Source of the DNA: Clostridia bacterium
Lineage (GTDB): Bacteria > Bacillota > Clostridia > Christensenellales > QALW01
Direction of reading: 5' to 3'
DNA: 64,000 nucleotides
Assembly (NCBI GenBank): GCA_045630945.1
Contig: JAZQTV010000113.1
Coordinates: 8,700 to 72,699, forward strand
Shown here: positions 27,899 to 38,446 of the stretch, piece by piece
How positions within the stretch are numbered: position 1 is the first letter of the stretch
Layout: every line of letters begins with the position of its first letter
Translations under genes and position numbers: made by a program
The notes under the pieces: model-generated
The model's database searches: none
The model's input: the letters and a program-made list of their open reading frames with translations, nothing else
Told to the model about the DNA's origin: nothing

Positions 27899-28450
27899 AC
27901 CGTTTCCTCAAATTCGTTTAATAAATATGAAAGATTCCAATCCTTTGCGGTTTTTAAAATGCATTTTTTTAAGTTTTCACCGTTTTTGTCAATCAGCTCG
28001 CAGGGCAAAAACACAAAGCCGTCAAGCTTTAACAAAAAGCGCTTGTAAAGCAAGCGTAACCTTTGCAGGAAAGCTTTTTGCAGGGCGGTCGGAAAGCTTA
28101 TCACCCTCGTTACAGGCTATACCTGCTTCCGTGGTGTTCGAAATTATGTACTTAAGCTCCTTTTGTTCGGCCAATTTCAAGTATCCGTCAAAATCGGTGA
28201 ACGGGTTTAACGTGCGTGAAATTACGTCGATCTTCTTTACGTCAACACCCTCAATACCGCGGCAGACGTGGGTGTATTCACAGTTTTGCGCGGCAAGCAC
28301 GTTGCATAAGCCCTTTTTAATTGGCTGAACTACAACTACGCTTCCGTTAAAATTACTTTTTTCGTTTACTATCTGAAGCATCCAATCGGCAAAGCCGCGT
28401 AAGAAGCCGCCCTCACCGAACTGAATTACTTTTTCTGTTCTTAATGTCAT
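27895..28450 (-). pseudogene. uxaB: tagaturonate reductase/altronate oxidoreductase (UxaB) remnant: frameshifted and missing the C-terminal half
   Basis: N-terminus VIQFGEGGFLRGFADW...NTTEAGI matches UxaB. The frame breaks near 28055-28057 (KVT|RLLYKRF needs one extra base). The second frame ends at ...[17 protein letters not shown], about 213 aa versus about 480 aa for E. coli UxaB (recalled). Its stop overlaps the uxaA ATG. Confidence 0.75.
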
Positions 28451-28452
28451 TA

Positions 28453-29259
28453 TTATTTCTCCTTGTTTATTGCGCTGTACTTATGGGGCGTTATACCTGT
28501 TAAGCGCTTGAATTCACTTATAAAATAATTACTGTTATTAAAGCCGCATTTTAAAGCAATCTGCGTTATGGAATATTTACCTTCCTTTAAAAGCTTTTCG
28601 GCACAGTTAAGCCTTGTAAGCTTTATGAAATGGGAAACACCAATGCCCGTGTATTGCTTAAATGTGCGCGAAAAATGGCTTTCGCTCATTGCGTGCGCCT
28701 GCGCAAGCTTTTTTAAGGTGATGTCCTCGCATAAGTTTTCGGAAATATACCTTGCTGCGTTCTGAATAATAATTTCGTTTTCGGAAAGCTTATCTGCCTT
28801 AAGGTGCTTTTCGCTTCTGAAAAGAATTACTATAAGCTGACGCAAAAGATTTTTTGATTGCTCAAGATAGTAATCGTTTTTTTCGGTGTATTCCTTATAA
28901 AGCAGGGTGAACAGCGCCTTTACGTTATCAGCCTTTATAAAAAGTTTTTTCTTGCCAAGCTCGTTTAACATCTCCGCATATTCCTCACCTACAAATTCGG
29001 AAGAAAAGCTTAAAAGAATTCTTTCTGAATCACTTTCACTTTCGTAGGCGGTCTTGTGCACGTATCCGCTTTTTATAAAAACCGATTCACCCTCGTTTAC
29101 GTGAATTATTTCGTTATTGATAAAATACTTGGTTTTTCCACTTAAAAGAAAATAAAGTTCGTGATACGCATGAAAATGCTTTTGTACTACGGACTCGTTT
29201 TTTTTCTTTTTGTTCTGCTGCGCGTTAAAGCCTTCGTTATACGCTAAAAAGTTTTGCAC
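28453..29259 (-). CDS. AraC family transcriptional regulator (cupin + HTH)
   Basis: C-terminal AraC HTH (SESHFSRTFKQYTGIGVSHFIKLTRL...NSNYFISEFKRLTGITPHKY). TAA stop. Heads the uxaB/uxaA remnant operon. Confidence 0.85.
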   Translation of the reverse strand: MQNFLAYNEGFNAQQNKKKKNESVVQKHFHAYHELYFLLSGKTKYFINNEIIHVNEGESVFIKSGYVHKTAYESESDSERILLSFSSEFVGEEYAEMLNELGKKKLFIKADNVKALFTLLYKEYTEKNDYYLEQSKNLLRQLIVILFRSEKHLKADKLSENEIIIQNAARYISENLCEDITLKKLAQAHAMSESHFSRTFKQYTGIGVSHFIKLTRLNCAEKLLKEGKYSITQIALKCGFNNSNYFISEFKRLTGITPHKYSAINKEK

Positions 29260-29405
29260 CCTATCACCTCACAGATAAAATAACACAATAATCTGCCAAA
29301 GTCAAACAAAAAAATGAAGTTTTTGATGAAATTGGGCAATAAAATTATAGAAATATGATTAAAATAACGGTATAATAGAATGCGAAAAAACTGTAACGGG
29401 AGGCT

Positions 29406-30599
29406 ATGAATGTGAAAAAATACGTTCAGGTTGGTTGCGGAGTTCGCGGTGTTATGAGTTATTCCGTTCCGCTTGTGAAGGAATATGCCGAATACGGTGA
29501 GCTTTTGGGTGTGTACGACATAAACAGAAAACGCGCAAAATACGTTTCGGAAAGAACGGGTAAGGATATTCCCGTGTATGACGATTTTACAAAAATGCTT
29601 GAGGAGGTTAAACCCGATACGGTTATAGTTACCTCCATCGATTGCACGCACGATAAGTACACTATCGAAGCACTTAATTTCGGGTGTGACGTTATTTGCG
29701 AAAAACCGCTTACCACTACCTTTGAAAAAAGCCTTAAAATAAAAGAGGCTGAAGAAAAAAGCGGCAAAAAGGTTACCATTACCTTTAATTTAAGATTCCA
29801 TCCGTTTTATATGGAACTTAAAAGAGTTGTGGATTCGGGCGTGCTTGGTGACGTTTTAAGCGTTCATTACGAATGGATGCTCGGTCAGTCCCACGGAAGT
29901 GATTATTTCCACCGTTGGCATTCGGAAAGGGAAAAATCCGGATCACTTTTAATACACAAATCCACACATCACTTTGATATTGCAAACTGGCTTTTAAAGC
30001 AGGACCCCGTGAGCGTAAATGCTTTTGGCACAAGGCGCGTGTTCGGTGATTCGTTCCCTGCCCCTGCAAAGCGTTGCTATGAATGTGAAAATCATTGCAA
30101 TTACTACGTTGATATTTTAAAGAACGGCTTAAAGGAATTTTATCTTGACTGTGAGGATGAGGACGGTTACCTTCGCGACAGATGCGTATATTCTGAAAAG
30201 GTAGATATCGAGGATACTGTAAGCGTAAACGTTCTTTACAGCGGCGGCACGGTTATGAGCTATACTTTAAGCGCATTTTCGCCCTATGAAGCAATGCGCA
30301 TTGTGTTAAACGGCACAAAGGGAAGGATTGAAGCAAGCTCAAAAACCCGTACCATTGACGTGTTCGGTGTTGACGGAAGCCATGACACAACCAAGGTGCC
30401 TGTGGTTTCAAACAGCAACCACGGCGGTGCTGACGTTAATTTAAGGGACAATTTGTTTAAGAACGTTCCCACCGAAATGCCTGATCAGTCAGCAGATATT
30501 CGTGCAGGAATGATGTCACTTGGTATTGGTCTTGCGGCAAACCTTTCAATGAAGGAAAAACGCAGAGTAAATTTAGACGAATTTTATAAAGATATTTAA
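29406..30599 (+). CDS. Gfo/Idh/MocA family oxidoreductase
   Basis: N-terminal Rossmann VQVGCGVRG and EKP motif (VICEKPLTT). GGGAGG RBS and TAA stop. Confidence 0.8.
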   Translation: MNVKKYVQVGCGVRGVMSYSVPLVKEYAEYGELLGVYDINRKRAKYVSERTGKDIPVYDDFTKMLEEVKPDTVIVTSIDCTHDKYTIEALNFGCDVICEKPLTTTFEKSLKIKEAEEKSGKKVTITFNLRFHPFYMELKRVVDSGVLGDVLSVHYEWMLGQSHGSDYFHRWHSEREKSGSLLIHKSTHHFDIANWLLKQDPVSVNAFGTRRVFGDSFPAPAKRCYECENHCNYYVDILKNGLKEFYLDCEDEDGYLRDRCVYSEKVDIEDTVSVNVLYSGGTVMSYTLSAFSPYEAMRIVLNGTKGRIEASSKTRTIDVFGVDGSHDTTKVPVVSNSNHGGADVNLRDNLFKNVPTEMPDQSADIRAGMMSLGIGLAANLSMKEKRRVNLDEFYKDI

Positions 30600-30614
30600 T
30601 GGGAGGAATTTTTT

Positions 30615-31349
30615 ATGGAAATAAGAATTTGTAAGGACCGCTATGAATTAGGTAAAAGTGCGGCAAAATTTGTGGCAAACGAGATTAATCGTGTTATAAG
30701 CGAAAAGGGAAGCGCGCGCATTGCGCTTTCGACGGGTGCTTCACAGTTTGATACCCTTGCCAATTTAATAAACGAAGACGTTCAGTGGGATAAGGTAGAA
30801 ATGTTCCACCTTGATGAATACGTTAATCTTCCTGAATCGCACGTTGCAAGCTTCAGAAAATATTTAAAGGAAAAGTGCACCACAAAGGTGAACCTTAAAG
30901 CAGCATATTTTGTTGACGGTACCGAGGAAAACCGTAAGGAATTATGTAAAAAGATTTCAGAATCACCCATTGATATCGGTCTTATCGGTATCGGTGAAAA
31001 CGGACACATTGCATTTAATGATCCGCCTGCGGATTTTGATACGGAGGAGCCGTACATAGTTGTAAACCTTAACGATACCTGCAAGAAGCAACAGGTGGGC
31101 GAGGGCTGGTTCCAAACTGTTGACGACGTACCGAAGCAAGCAGTTTCAATGTCTGTTAAGCAGATTATGAAGTGCAACAAAATCGTAAGCTGTGTGCCCT
31201 ATGCAGTAAAGGCTGATGCAGTATTAAAAACTCTTTCGGGCGAGTTATCAAACCTTGTTCCCGCAACAATGCTTAAAACCCATCCCGAATTTACACTCTA
31301 TATTGATTGGGATTCGGCAAGCAAGCTTAATATGCCTGTTTTATGGTAA
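30615..31349 (+). CDS. glucosamine-6-phosphate deaminase/6-phosphogluconolactonase family protein (NagB-like)
   Basis: ALSTGASQ, FHLDEY and GIGENGHIAFNDPPADF blocks. TAA stop plus terminator. Confidence 0.75.
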   Translation: MEIRICKDRYELGKSAAKFVANEINRVISEKGSARIALSTGASQFDTLANLINEDVQWDKVEMFHLDEYVNLPESHVASFRKYLKEKCTTKVNLKAAYFVDGTEENRKELCKKISESPIDIGLIGIGENGHIAFNDPPADFDTEEPYIVVNLNDTCKKQQVGEGWFQTVDDVPKQAVSMSVKQIMKCNKIVSCVPYAVKADAVLKTLSGELSNLVPATMLKTHPEFTLYIDWDSASKLNMPVLW

Positions 31350-31353
31350 TATA

Positions 31354-31388
31354 AAAGATGCACGATAGATAATTCGTGCATCTTTTTT
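31354..31388. terminator. bidirectional rho-independent terminator
   Basis: Stem aagatgcacga / tcgtgcatctt followed by a T-run. Confidence 0.7.
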
Positions 31389-31394
31389 ATTCTT

Positions 31395-32033
31395 TTAACC
31401 GTGGGCAAAATATCGGTATGCCGTAACAATGCTTGTGCTTAATAAAATTCCGCCTATAATATCCGTAAGCCAATGCACGCCTGAAACGAGCCTGCCTGCT
31501 ACCATAAACAAGGTGAATACGCAAATCAGTACGCATACCGTTTTTTTGAAGACGGTGTTTTTAATTCGTATTTTAAGCTGTATTGCCGCGGTAGGCATAA
31601 TGCTTAACACAAGCAATGTAGTTGACGAGGGGTACGATGCTTCAAGGCTTCCGTTAATAAGCACGGGTCTGTAATTTATTATAACGTATTCGAATAATAA
31701 GTAAAATGCAAAGGCTAAAATATAAGATGCGCCAAGCACGAAAAGATTGCGGTCAACTAAAAAAAGTCGTTTCCTTTTTACCCACTGTAAAATACCAAGT
31801 AACGCAAAGCCTGCCGTAACGGAAACGGGAATAATGCTTAACCAATCGGTTATTACGTAAAGGTGCATATGCGTTCCGATTATGCGGTGAACAAAGCCGT
31901 TTAGTGAAGAAAATCCCACGTTGGTGCCGTTTTGACCTATGGGTGCTACGTCAATAAATTTCACTGCCACCGTCCATAAAATGAATGCTATCAGCAATAT
32001 TAAGGAAGCGTAAAGATGTTTTTTCTTTTTCAT
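31395..32033 (-). CDS. PAP2-family membrane phosphatase-like protein
   Basis: Polytopic protein with NYRP and GRLVSGVHWLTD matching PAP2 motifs 1 and 3. The central PSGH position reads YPSSTT, so the histidine is absent. Confidence 0.65.
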   Translation of the reverse strand: MKKKKHLYASLILLIAFILWTVAVKFIDVAPIGQNGTNVGFSSLNGFVHRIIGTHMHLYVITDWLSIIPVSVTAGFALLGILQWVKRKRLFLVDRNLFVLGASYILAFAFYLLFEYVIINYRPVLINGSLEASYPSSTTLLVLSIMPTAAIQLKIRIKNTVFKKTVCVLICVFTLFMVAGRLVSGVHWLTDIIGGILLSTSIVTAYRYFAHG

Positions 32034-32144
32034 TTTTCTACCTGCCTTTTTCTGTAATCGAGTTTTACCCTGTCACAGAATAGCGCAAGATATAAAAATG
32101 CACAAGAAACGGAAGCTCACAGCCGTGATACTTTTCGTGTCACG

Positions 32145-32747
32145 CTATTTTTTTATAAGTATTGATGCCTTTATTACTAAAAAAATCATTAAAAGAACTG
32201 CCGCATAGGGCTGTTGGCTTATAACGAATAAAAGCGTGCCTGCAATATTTAAAAGTAACGATATTTTGTACTTTAAGCTTAACCAGCTTGAATGCTCGCA
32301 TCCCTGAAGTGAAAGGGTAATAACGCCCCAAACGGTTGTTCCGATTACTACAATAAAATAAGCCGTTTTTAAATACACGGCAATATCCGCAAGCGTTAAA
32401 AGGGAAACGGCGTATATCATACCGTCAGCTTTTTTATTAAAGAACGGCAAAAATAAAAGCATGGCAACGCTTATATCAAGAAGCCCGAATATAACGTCGC
32501 GAAAACGGCTTTTTATGTTTTTTGTATCAGCCTGAGAAAGAATAAGCAATTCTTCGCCGGATAAAAGCTCGTCAACGGTTATACCGAAAAATTTTGATAT
32601 GGCTTTTAGTGATTCTATGTTGGGGTATCCTCTGCCCGATTCCCATTTTGAAATTGCGGTGCGCGAAACAAAAAGCTTTTCAGCCAATTCGTCCTGGGTT
32701 AACCCCCGTTGTTTTCTTAATTCCTGTAATTTTTCGTTAAATTCCAT
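32145..32747 (-). CDS. XRE-family helix-turn-helix regulator with C-terminal transmembrane region
   Basis: N-terminal LRKQRGLTQDELAEKLFVSRTAISKWESGRGYP followed by about 4 hydrophobic segments. Ends at TAG. Confidence 0.8.
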   Translation of the reverse strand: MEFNEKLQELRKQRGLTQDELAEKLFVSRTAISKWESGRGYPNIESLKAISKFFGITVDELLSGEELLILSQADTKNIKSRFRDVIFGLLDISVAMLLFLPFFNKKADGMIYAVSLLTLADIAVYLKTAYFIVVIGTTVWGVITLSLQGCEHSSWLSLKYKISLLLNIAGTLLFVISQQPYAAVLLMIFLVIKASILIKK

Positions 32748-32890
32748 AATATTGCTCTTTTGTTGATTTTTTTTATATTATATCACAGTTTGGTTGATAG
32801 TTAAAGAGTATATTGAAAATTAGCTTAAAACAAAATGCCCTGCAAGCTTGTGCAGGACATTGTTGCCGTGTTCGGTTTAAAGCGGTACTG

Positions 32891-33607
32891 TTATTTGCCC
32901 GAAAAGCTGCTCAAATAGCTTTGCGGATTAACTGCCTTTCCGTTTTTTAGTACCTCAAAATGCAAGTGAACGCCGTCGGCAGATTCGCTTGCACCTGAAT
33001 TACCCACGTTGCCTATTGCCTGTCCCCTTAATACCGAAGCGCCCTCTACGATGTTTTCGGGTACGGATTCAAGGCAGGAATATACGGTTTCAATACCGTT
33101 TTCGTGGCTTATTTTTACCGTAAGCCCCATAAGCGCATCATTGGTTACACTTGCAACTGTGCCGTCAAGCGCCGCAAGCACGGTAGCACCTTCACTTGCG
33201 GTAAAATCCATTGCGGTATGGGTTGCCCAATGTTTAAGGGTATTGGAATATACAAGGCTGTCAGAAGCATATCCTTTAAGCACGGAAGCATCGTTTATAG
33301 GGTTGAGCATTGCTTTTGTTACCGTGCTTTCTGCCGAAACGGATGAATCGGTTTCATCCTGACTTGGATTGGGCGCAGGTGTAACGGAAGGCTTTTCGAT
33401 GGTAATGCCGCCATCGTTTGAAGCAGGTGCTTCGGTGGGCGCAGGTGCTTCTAAAACAGGTGCCTGTTCTGCAGGCTGCGCGGTAAGCGCAACAAGATAC
33501 GTCACCGAAAGCGCCGCCACGCAAAAGACTGCCGTTACTGTAAAGATTCTTTTTACATTCTTCTTTTTTAATATTGATGATTTATCCTTGATTGATCCAA
33601 GATTCAT
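32891..33607 (-). CDS. M23 family metallopeptidase (membrane-anchored)
   Basis: ATG at 33607 follows GGAGGTG. N-terminal TM segment. C-terminal HTAMDF...GNSGASESADGVHLHFEV. TAA stop. Confidence 0.85.
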   Translation of the reverse strand: MNLGSIKDKSSILKKKNVKRIFTVTAVFCVAALSVTYLVALTAQPAEQAPVLEAPAPTEAPASNDGGITIEKPSVTPAPNPSQDETDSSVSAESTVTKAMLNPINDASVLKGYASDSLVYSNTLKHWATHTAMDFTASEGATVLAALDGTVASVTNDALMGLTVKISHENGIETVYSCLESVPENIVEGASVLRGQAIGNVGNSGASESADGVHLHFEVLKNGKAVNPQSYLSSFSGK

Positions 33608-33710
33608 AAAATCAACACCTCCGTTGTATATTTTTTCCGTTCTTGAAGCCAATATACGCGATTTTATGGAAAAACAATGAATAAATTACAAAATTTTTGT
33701 TTTCACAATA

Positions 33711-33739
33711 TTGACATCAGGTCCTTGATTTGTTAAAAT
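33711..33739 (+). promoter_or_regulatory. promoter of the glg operon
   Basis: TTGACA (33711-33716), 17-nt spacer, TAAAAT (33734-33739). Confidence 0.6.
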
Positions 33740-33780
33740 ATAATCAGCAATCAATATATACGTTAATAGGAGGCAACCGA

Positions 33781-35676
33781 ATGGGAAAAGAAAATTTTAC
33801 TAAAAGCAGAATGATAAGCGATTACGATCTGTATCTTGCCTGCGAAGGCACGCATAGAAATCTTGATGAAATTCTTGGCGCCCGTCCCGTTTTTAACAGT
33901 ACGGGGCTAATCGACGGCTTCTATTTTGCGCTGTGGGCACCTAACGCAAGGGCAGTAAGCGTTGTGGGTGATTTCAACGGTTGGAATTCAGAAGCAAATC
34001 CTATGCAAAAGATACCCGAAACGGATATCTGGGAAGCCTATATTGACGGTGTTGCAACAGGAAGTCTGTATAAATATTCAATAGTAAATGCTTCGGGGCA
34101 GACCGTTCTTAAAGCTGACCCTATGGCAAAATTCAGCGAATTAAGACCTAAAACTGCTTCGGTGACGTATCATGATAACTACCGTTGGCACGACCTTTCG
34201 TGGTGTCTTAAGCATACTAAAAAGCAGGCGAAGAACGTACCGATGGCTATTTATGAAATGCATATGGGCTCGTGGATGCGCGGTCACAATAACGAAATGC
34301 TTTCGTATGCCGAAGTGGTTGAAGCTTTGGTAAAATATCTTAAGGAAAACCGCTATACTCATATCGAAATAATGCCACTTGCCGAGCATCCGTACGATGG
34401 CTCGTGGGGATATCAGGCAACAGGTTATTTTTCGCCTACGTCCCGTTACGGTACGCCTGCAGAATTAAAATATTTTGTTGACGTGCTTCATCAAAATTCA
34501 ATAGGCGTTATTCTTGATTGGGTACCCGGTCACTTTATTAAGGATGCACACGGGCTTGCTGAATTTGACGGAACCTGCCTGTACGAAAAGGCGGGAACGG
34601 ATAATCAGTGGGGCACGTTAAAGTTTGATTTTGCAAAGCCGTGGGTAAAACAGTTCCTCATTTCAAACGCATTGTACTGGCTTAAGGAATTCCACTTTGA
34701 CGGCTTGCGCACCGATGCGGTAAGCAGTATACTTTACCTTGATTACTGTAAGAACGAGGGTGAATGGACGCCTAACGAAAACGGCGGTAATGAAGACCTT
34801 GCGGCTATTGAGTTTATTAAGGAGCTTAACCTTGCAGTTAAGGAAAAATTCCCCGGTGCAATAATGGTTGCCGAAGAATCCTCCAATTTCCCCAAGCTTA
34901 CCGCGCCTGTTGAAGAGGGTGGCTTAGGCTTTGACTTTAAGTGGAATATGGGTTGGATGAACGATACCCTTAAATATATGGAAACCGACCCCTTGTTCAG
35001 AAGCGGTATACACAATAAAATGAACTTCTCAATGATGTATGCGTTTAATGAGGATTACATTCTTCCTCTTTCACATGATGAGTGCGTACACGGCAAGAAG
35101 AGCCTTCTTGATAAAATGTACGGTGACTACTATCAAAAGTTTGCATCGTTAAAGGCGTATCTTGGATATATGTTTGCACATCCGGGCAAAAAACTTCTGT
35201 TTATGGGTGACGAAATAGGTCAGTTTATGGAATGGCGCTATTATGAGCAGATAGAATGGAAGCTTCTTCAGTACGAAACACACCGCGGTCTGTACGGCTT
35301 TACAAAGGAATTGTTGAACCTTTATAACGACCACAGTGCGTTCTGGCAGAAGGATGATTCGTGGGATGGCTTTAAATGGGCGAATGCTGACGATGCACAA
35401 AGCAGTGTTTATTCCTTTGAACGCTTCTCTGACGACGAAAACATCGTTGCGGTAGTTAATATGACGCCCGTTGAGCGTTATGATTATTGGGTATGCCTTA
35501 AGGAAGAGGGAACGTACACCCTGCTTTTAAACTCCGATGATAAAAAGTATTCGGGAGAGGGCGCAGTAAACGTGCTTGAAGAGGTTACAACCGATAACGA
35601 TTCGCCTGAATTTAAAAACAGAATACGCATAACATTACCGCCTATGTCGGTGCTCTATTATAAAAAGAATAAATAA
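33781..35676 (+). CDS. glgB: 1,4-alpha-glucan branching enzyme
   Basis: ATG at 33781 follows TAGGAGG. GH13 blocks DWVPGHF, GLRTDAVSS, MVAEESS and LSHDE. TAA stop. Confidence 0.93.
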   Translation: MGKENFTKSRMISDYDLYLACEGTHRNLDEILGARPVFNSTGLIDGFYFALWAPNARAVSVVGDFNGWNSEANPMQKIPETDIWEAYIDGVATGSLYKYSIVNASGQTVLKADPMAKFSELRPKTASVTYHDNYRWHDLSWCLKHTKKQAKNVPMAIYEMHMGSWMRGHNNEMLSYAEVVEALVKYLKENRYTHIEIMPLAEHPYDGSWGYQATGYFSPTSRYGTPAELKYFVDVLHQNSIGVILDWVPGHFIKDAHGLAEFDGTCLYEKAGTDNQWGTLKFDFAKPWVKQFLISNALYWLKEFHFDGLRTDAVSSILYLDYCKNEGEWTPNENGGNEDLAAIEFIKELNLAVKEKFPGAIMVAEESSNFPKLTAPVEEGGLGFDFKWNMGWMNDTLKYMETDPLFRSGIHNKMNFSMMYAFNEDYILPLSHDECVHGKKSLLDKMYGDYYQKFASLKAYLGYMFAHPGKKLLFMGDEIGQFMEWRYYEQIEWKLLQYETHRGLYGFTKELLNLYNDHSAFWQKDDSWDGFKWANADDAQSSVYSFERFSDDENIVAVVNMTPVERYDYWVCLKEEGTYTLLLNSDDKKYSGEGAVNVLEEVTTDNDSPEFKNRIRITLPPMSVLYYKKNK

Positions 35677-35684
35677 ATTTTAAG

Positions 35685-35716
35685 TTGGTCGAAACTGCAA
35701 CTGCGGTTTCGACCAA
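35685..35716 (+). other. intercistronic stem-loop between glgB and glgC
   Basis: 11-bp stem ttggtcgaaac / gtttcgaccaa with a 10-nt loop and no U-run after it. More likely a processing or stability element than a terminator. Confidence 0.4.
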
Positions 35717-35735
35717 AATATATGGGGGATATTAA

Positions 35736-36968
35736 ATGTATAGTGTTGAATGTGTAGCAATGTTGCTTGCCGGCGGACAAGGCAGCAGATTGGGTACGCT
35801 TACAAAAGAAATTGCAAAGCCTGCAGTTCCATTTGGCGGAAAGTACCGTATAATTGACTTTCCGTTAAGTAATTGCGCCAATTCGGGCATATATACCGTG
35901 GGTGTTTTGACGCAGTACAGACCCCTTGAACTTAATACGTATATCGGAAGCGGTCAGCCGTGGGATATGGACCGTTTACGCGGCGGTGCGTTCGTGCTTC
36001 CGCCCTACGTTAAGGGTAAGACGGGTGAGTGGTACAAGGGTACTGCAAATGCAATTTATCAGAATATTCCGTTTATTGAGCAGTTTAATCCCGAATACGT
36101 GCTGGTGCTTTCGGGTGATCACATTTATAAAATGGATTATCGTCGAATGCTTAACTATCACAAGGAAAAGGGTGCGGATTGTACTATTGCGGTGTTCAAC
36201 GTGCCGTTAGATGATGCAAGCCGCTACGGAATAATGTCGGCTTACGATGACGGCAGAATATACGATTTTACCGAAAAGCCTGAAAAGCCCAACAGTACGC
36301 TTGCAAGCATGGGCGTTTATATCTTTTCGTGGAAGGCGCTTAAAAAGTATCTTATAGCGGACGAGGCAAACGAAAATTCAAGCAAGGATTTTGGTAAGGA
36401 CGTGATCCCTGCAATGCTTGGCGACGGACTTAATATGTACGCATATGCCTTTGAAGGCTATTGGAAGGACGTGGGTACCGTTTACAGCTTGTGGGAAGCT
36501 AATATGGATTTGTTGGGTACGGTTCCCCTTTTAAATCTTTATGATGAGCATTGGCGCATCTATTCTCGCAACGATGGCTTGCCGGGACACTATATTTCAT
36601 CTGAAGCGGCTATAAAGAACTGTTGTATTTCCGAAGGCTGCAAGGTTTACGGCAAGGTTGAACACAGCGTGCTTTTTTCGGGTGCGGTGGTTGAAGAGGG
36701 CGCAGTTGTTACCGATTCCATCGTGCTTCCGTATTCCGTGATAAAGAAGGGTGCGGTAATTGATAAGGCGGTTATTTCAAATAATTGCGTTATAGGCGAA
36801 AATGCCGTTATCGGAAGTGATTCTCCTAATATTCCGTGGGTGAAAAATAAGATGTGCACAGGCGGTATTACTCTTGTAGGCGATAGGGTGAATATTGCTT
36901 CGGGCGTGCGCGTTGGCAGAGAAATGATGGTTGAACAGGATATTCAAGGAGGTGGCTTGAATGAATAA
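35736..36968 (+). CDS. glgC: glucose-1-phosphate adenylyltransferase
   Basis: [28 protein letters not shown] and a C-terminal left-handed beta-helix repeat region. TAA stop overlaps the glgD start. Confidence 0.93.
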   Translation: MYSVECVAMLLAGGQGSRLGTLTKEIAKPAVPFGGKYRIIDFPLSNCANSGIYTVGVLTQYRPLELNTYIGSGQPWDMDRLRGGAFVLPPYVKGKTGEWYKGTANAIYQNIPFIEQFNPEYVLVLSGDHIYKMDYRRMLNYHKEKGADCTIAVFNVPLDDASRYGIMSAYDDGRIYDFTEKPEKPNSTLASMGVYIFSWKALKKYLIADEANENSSKDFGKDVIPAMLGDGLNMYAYAFEGYWKDVGTVYSLWEANMDLLGTVPLLNLYDEHWRIYSRNDGLPGHYISSEAAIKNCCISEGCKVYGKVEHSVLFSGAVVEEGAVVTDSIVLPYSVIKKGAVIDKAVISNNCVIGENAVIGSDSPNIPWVKNKMCTGGITLVGDRVNIASGVRVGREMMVEQDIQGGGLNE

Positions 36969-38067
36969 TACCTTGGGTATTATAATGGCGGGCAATAGCG
37001 GTCTTGAACTTGGCGAAATAACGAAAAACCGCCCCGTAGGTGCAGTGCCTATGGCTTCAAGATACAGGCTTGTGGATTTTATACTTTCAAATATGGTAAA
37101 CTCGGGAATCGATAGGGTGGGTATTCCCACACAGGCGCATTACCGTTCGCTTATGGATCATCTTGGCTCAGGTGCGGCGTGGGATCTTAACCGCAAACGC
37201 CACGGTCTTGTGGTGCTTCCCCCTTATACAGGCGGCGGTGACGTGCAAGGCGACCTTGACGTGCTTAACAGTATAAACGATTATATTTCCGCTTCGCACA
37301 GGCGTTACGTTATTATTTGCGGAAGCGATATTCTTTATAAGACCACCTATGATGAAATGCTTGAAGCACATAAAAATAATTCGGCTGATATTACCGTAAT
37401 GTATCATAATATGCCCGATTGCAGTGAGTTTGCTCACCACGTGGGTATCAAAACCGATACGGAGGGCAGAGTGGTTGACGTTGAAATAGACCCTTCACGT
37501 CCCTTCTCGTCACAGGTTTCTATGGGCACGTACATTATGGAACGTGAATTTTTAGAATATCACCTTAACCGTTGTCTTTCAAGAGGTCTGCACGATTTTG
37601 CGAAGGATATTTTGCTTCACGAAAAGGATAGGCTCAGAATATTCGGCTACGAATATAAGGGGTACGTAGGCAGGGTGCATAACGTTGCTTCGTATTATAA
37701 GTGCAATATGGATATTCTTAAGCCTGAGATAAGTGAAGAAATTTTTGCACTTGGCGATCCCGTATACACAAAGGTAAAGGATGAGGTGCCCACTATTTAC
37801 GGCGAAAAGGCAAATATCAAAAATTCAATGGTTGCCGACGGATGCATCATTAACGGTACGGTGGAAAATTCAATTATCTTCCGTGGCGTGCAGATAGAAG
37901 AAGGTGCCGTTGTTAAAAACAGCATTATTATGCAAAATTCCTTGGTTCAGGCGGGCGTAAATCTTAACCACGCAATAATCGATAAATCAGTTATAATCCG
38001 CAAGAACAAAACTCTTGTGGGGCAGGATAATTACCCTGTGGTTGTTGGCAAAAATGCTGTGGTATAA
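36961..38067 (+). CDS. glgD: glucose-1-phosphate adenylyltransferase subunit GlgD
   Basis: A GlgC paralog lacking the canonical GGxGxRL (has [13 protein letters not shown]). Its position after glgC is typical of Firmicutes. TAA stop. Confidence 0.85.
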   Translation: MNNTLGIIMAGNSGLELGEITKNRPVGAVPMASRYRLVDFILSNMVNSGIDRVGIPTQAHYRSLMDHLGSGAAWDLNRKRHGLVVLPPYTGGGDVQGDLDVLNSINDYISASHRRYVIICGSDILYKTTYDEMLEAHKNNSADITVMYHNMPDCSEFAHHVGIKTDTEGRVVDVEIDPSRPFSSQVSMGTYIMEREFLEYHLNRCLSRGLHDFAKDILLHEKDRLRIFGYEYKGYVGRVHNVASYYKCNMDILKPEISEEIFALGDPVYTKVKDEVPTIYGEKANIKNSMVADGCIINGTVENSIIFRGVQIEEGAVVKNSIIMQNSLVQAGVNLNHAIIDKSVIIRKNKTLVGQDNYPVVVGKNAVV

Positions 38068-38070
38068 AAA

Positions 38071-38130
38071 AGAGCACTGACAAACCCTTACAAACATAGC
38101 ACCCTGTAAAATTTTTGCAGGGTGCTATTT
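38071..38130. repeat. 60-bp repeat element, copy B
   Basis: agagcactgacaaacccttacaaacatagcaccctgtaaaatttttgcagggtgctattt, matching 24370-24428. Probably serves as the glgD terminator. Confidence 0.85.
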
Positions 38131-38446
38131 CCATCGTTGCATTCACTTGCAAAATGAGAGCACTTCGTTCTATTGAAGTGCTCTTTTATGCTTCGGGATT
38201 ACATATGGTTTTCAAAGGTAGGAGCAAGAGGTTGCTCACAATGCGGGCACTTAATGTTTTGCTGTAACATTATTTAATACCTTCAAGTACTTTTTATGTC
38301 ATAAATTGCAGCATGGTCTACGGCAAAAGTCAACATAAAATGAAAAATCGTATATAAAGATACTATAATTGCGGAGTTGATAAAAAATTCTCGCAAAATT
38401 ATATAATTATGGTATAATTTAATAAAATAGTGCTTGGGGGAATTTT

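Noticed and set aside
29244-29651. 135-aa minus-strand ORF spanning the AraC/Gfo divergent promoter region.
   Set aside because: It overlaps the well-supported Gfo/Idh/MocA gene in antisense, its sequence is low-complexity and rich in F, I and L, and it has no RBS.
38131-38446. Small ORFs or an ncRNA in the 380-bp gap after glgD. One example is a 23-codon minus-strand ORF, MLQQNIKCPHCEQPLAPTFENHM.
   Set aside because: There is no RBS, the ORF has only a single CxxC, and I could not recognise a known RNA fold. The region is left as unexplained non-coding sequence, apart from the repeat copy and hairpins already noted.
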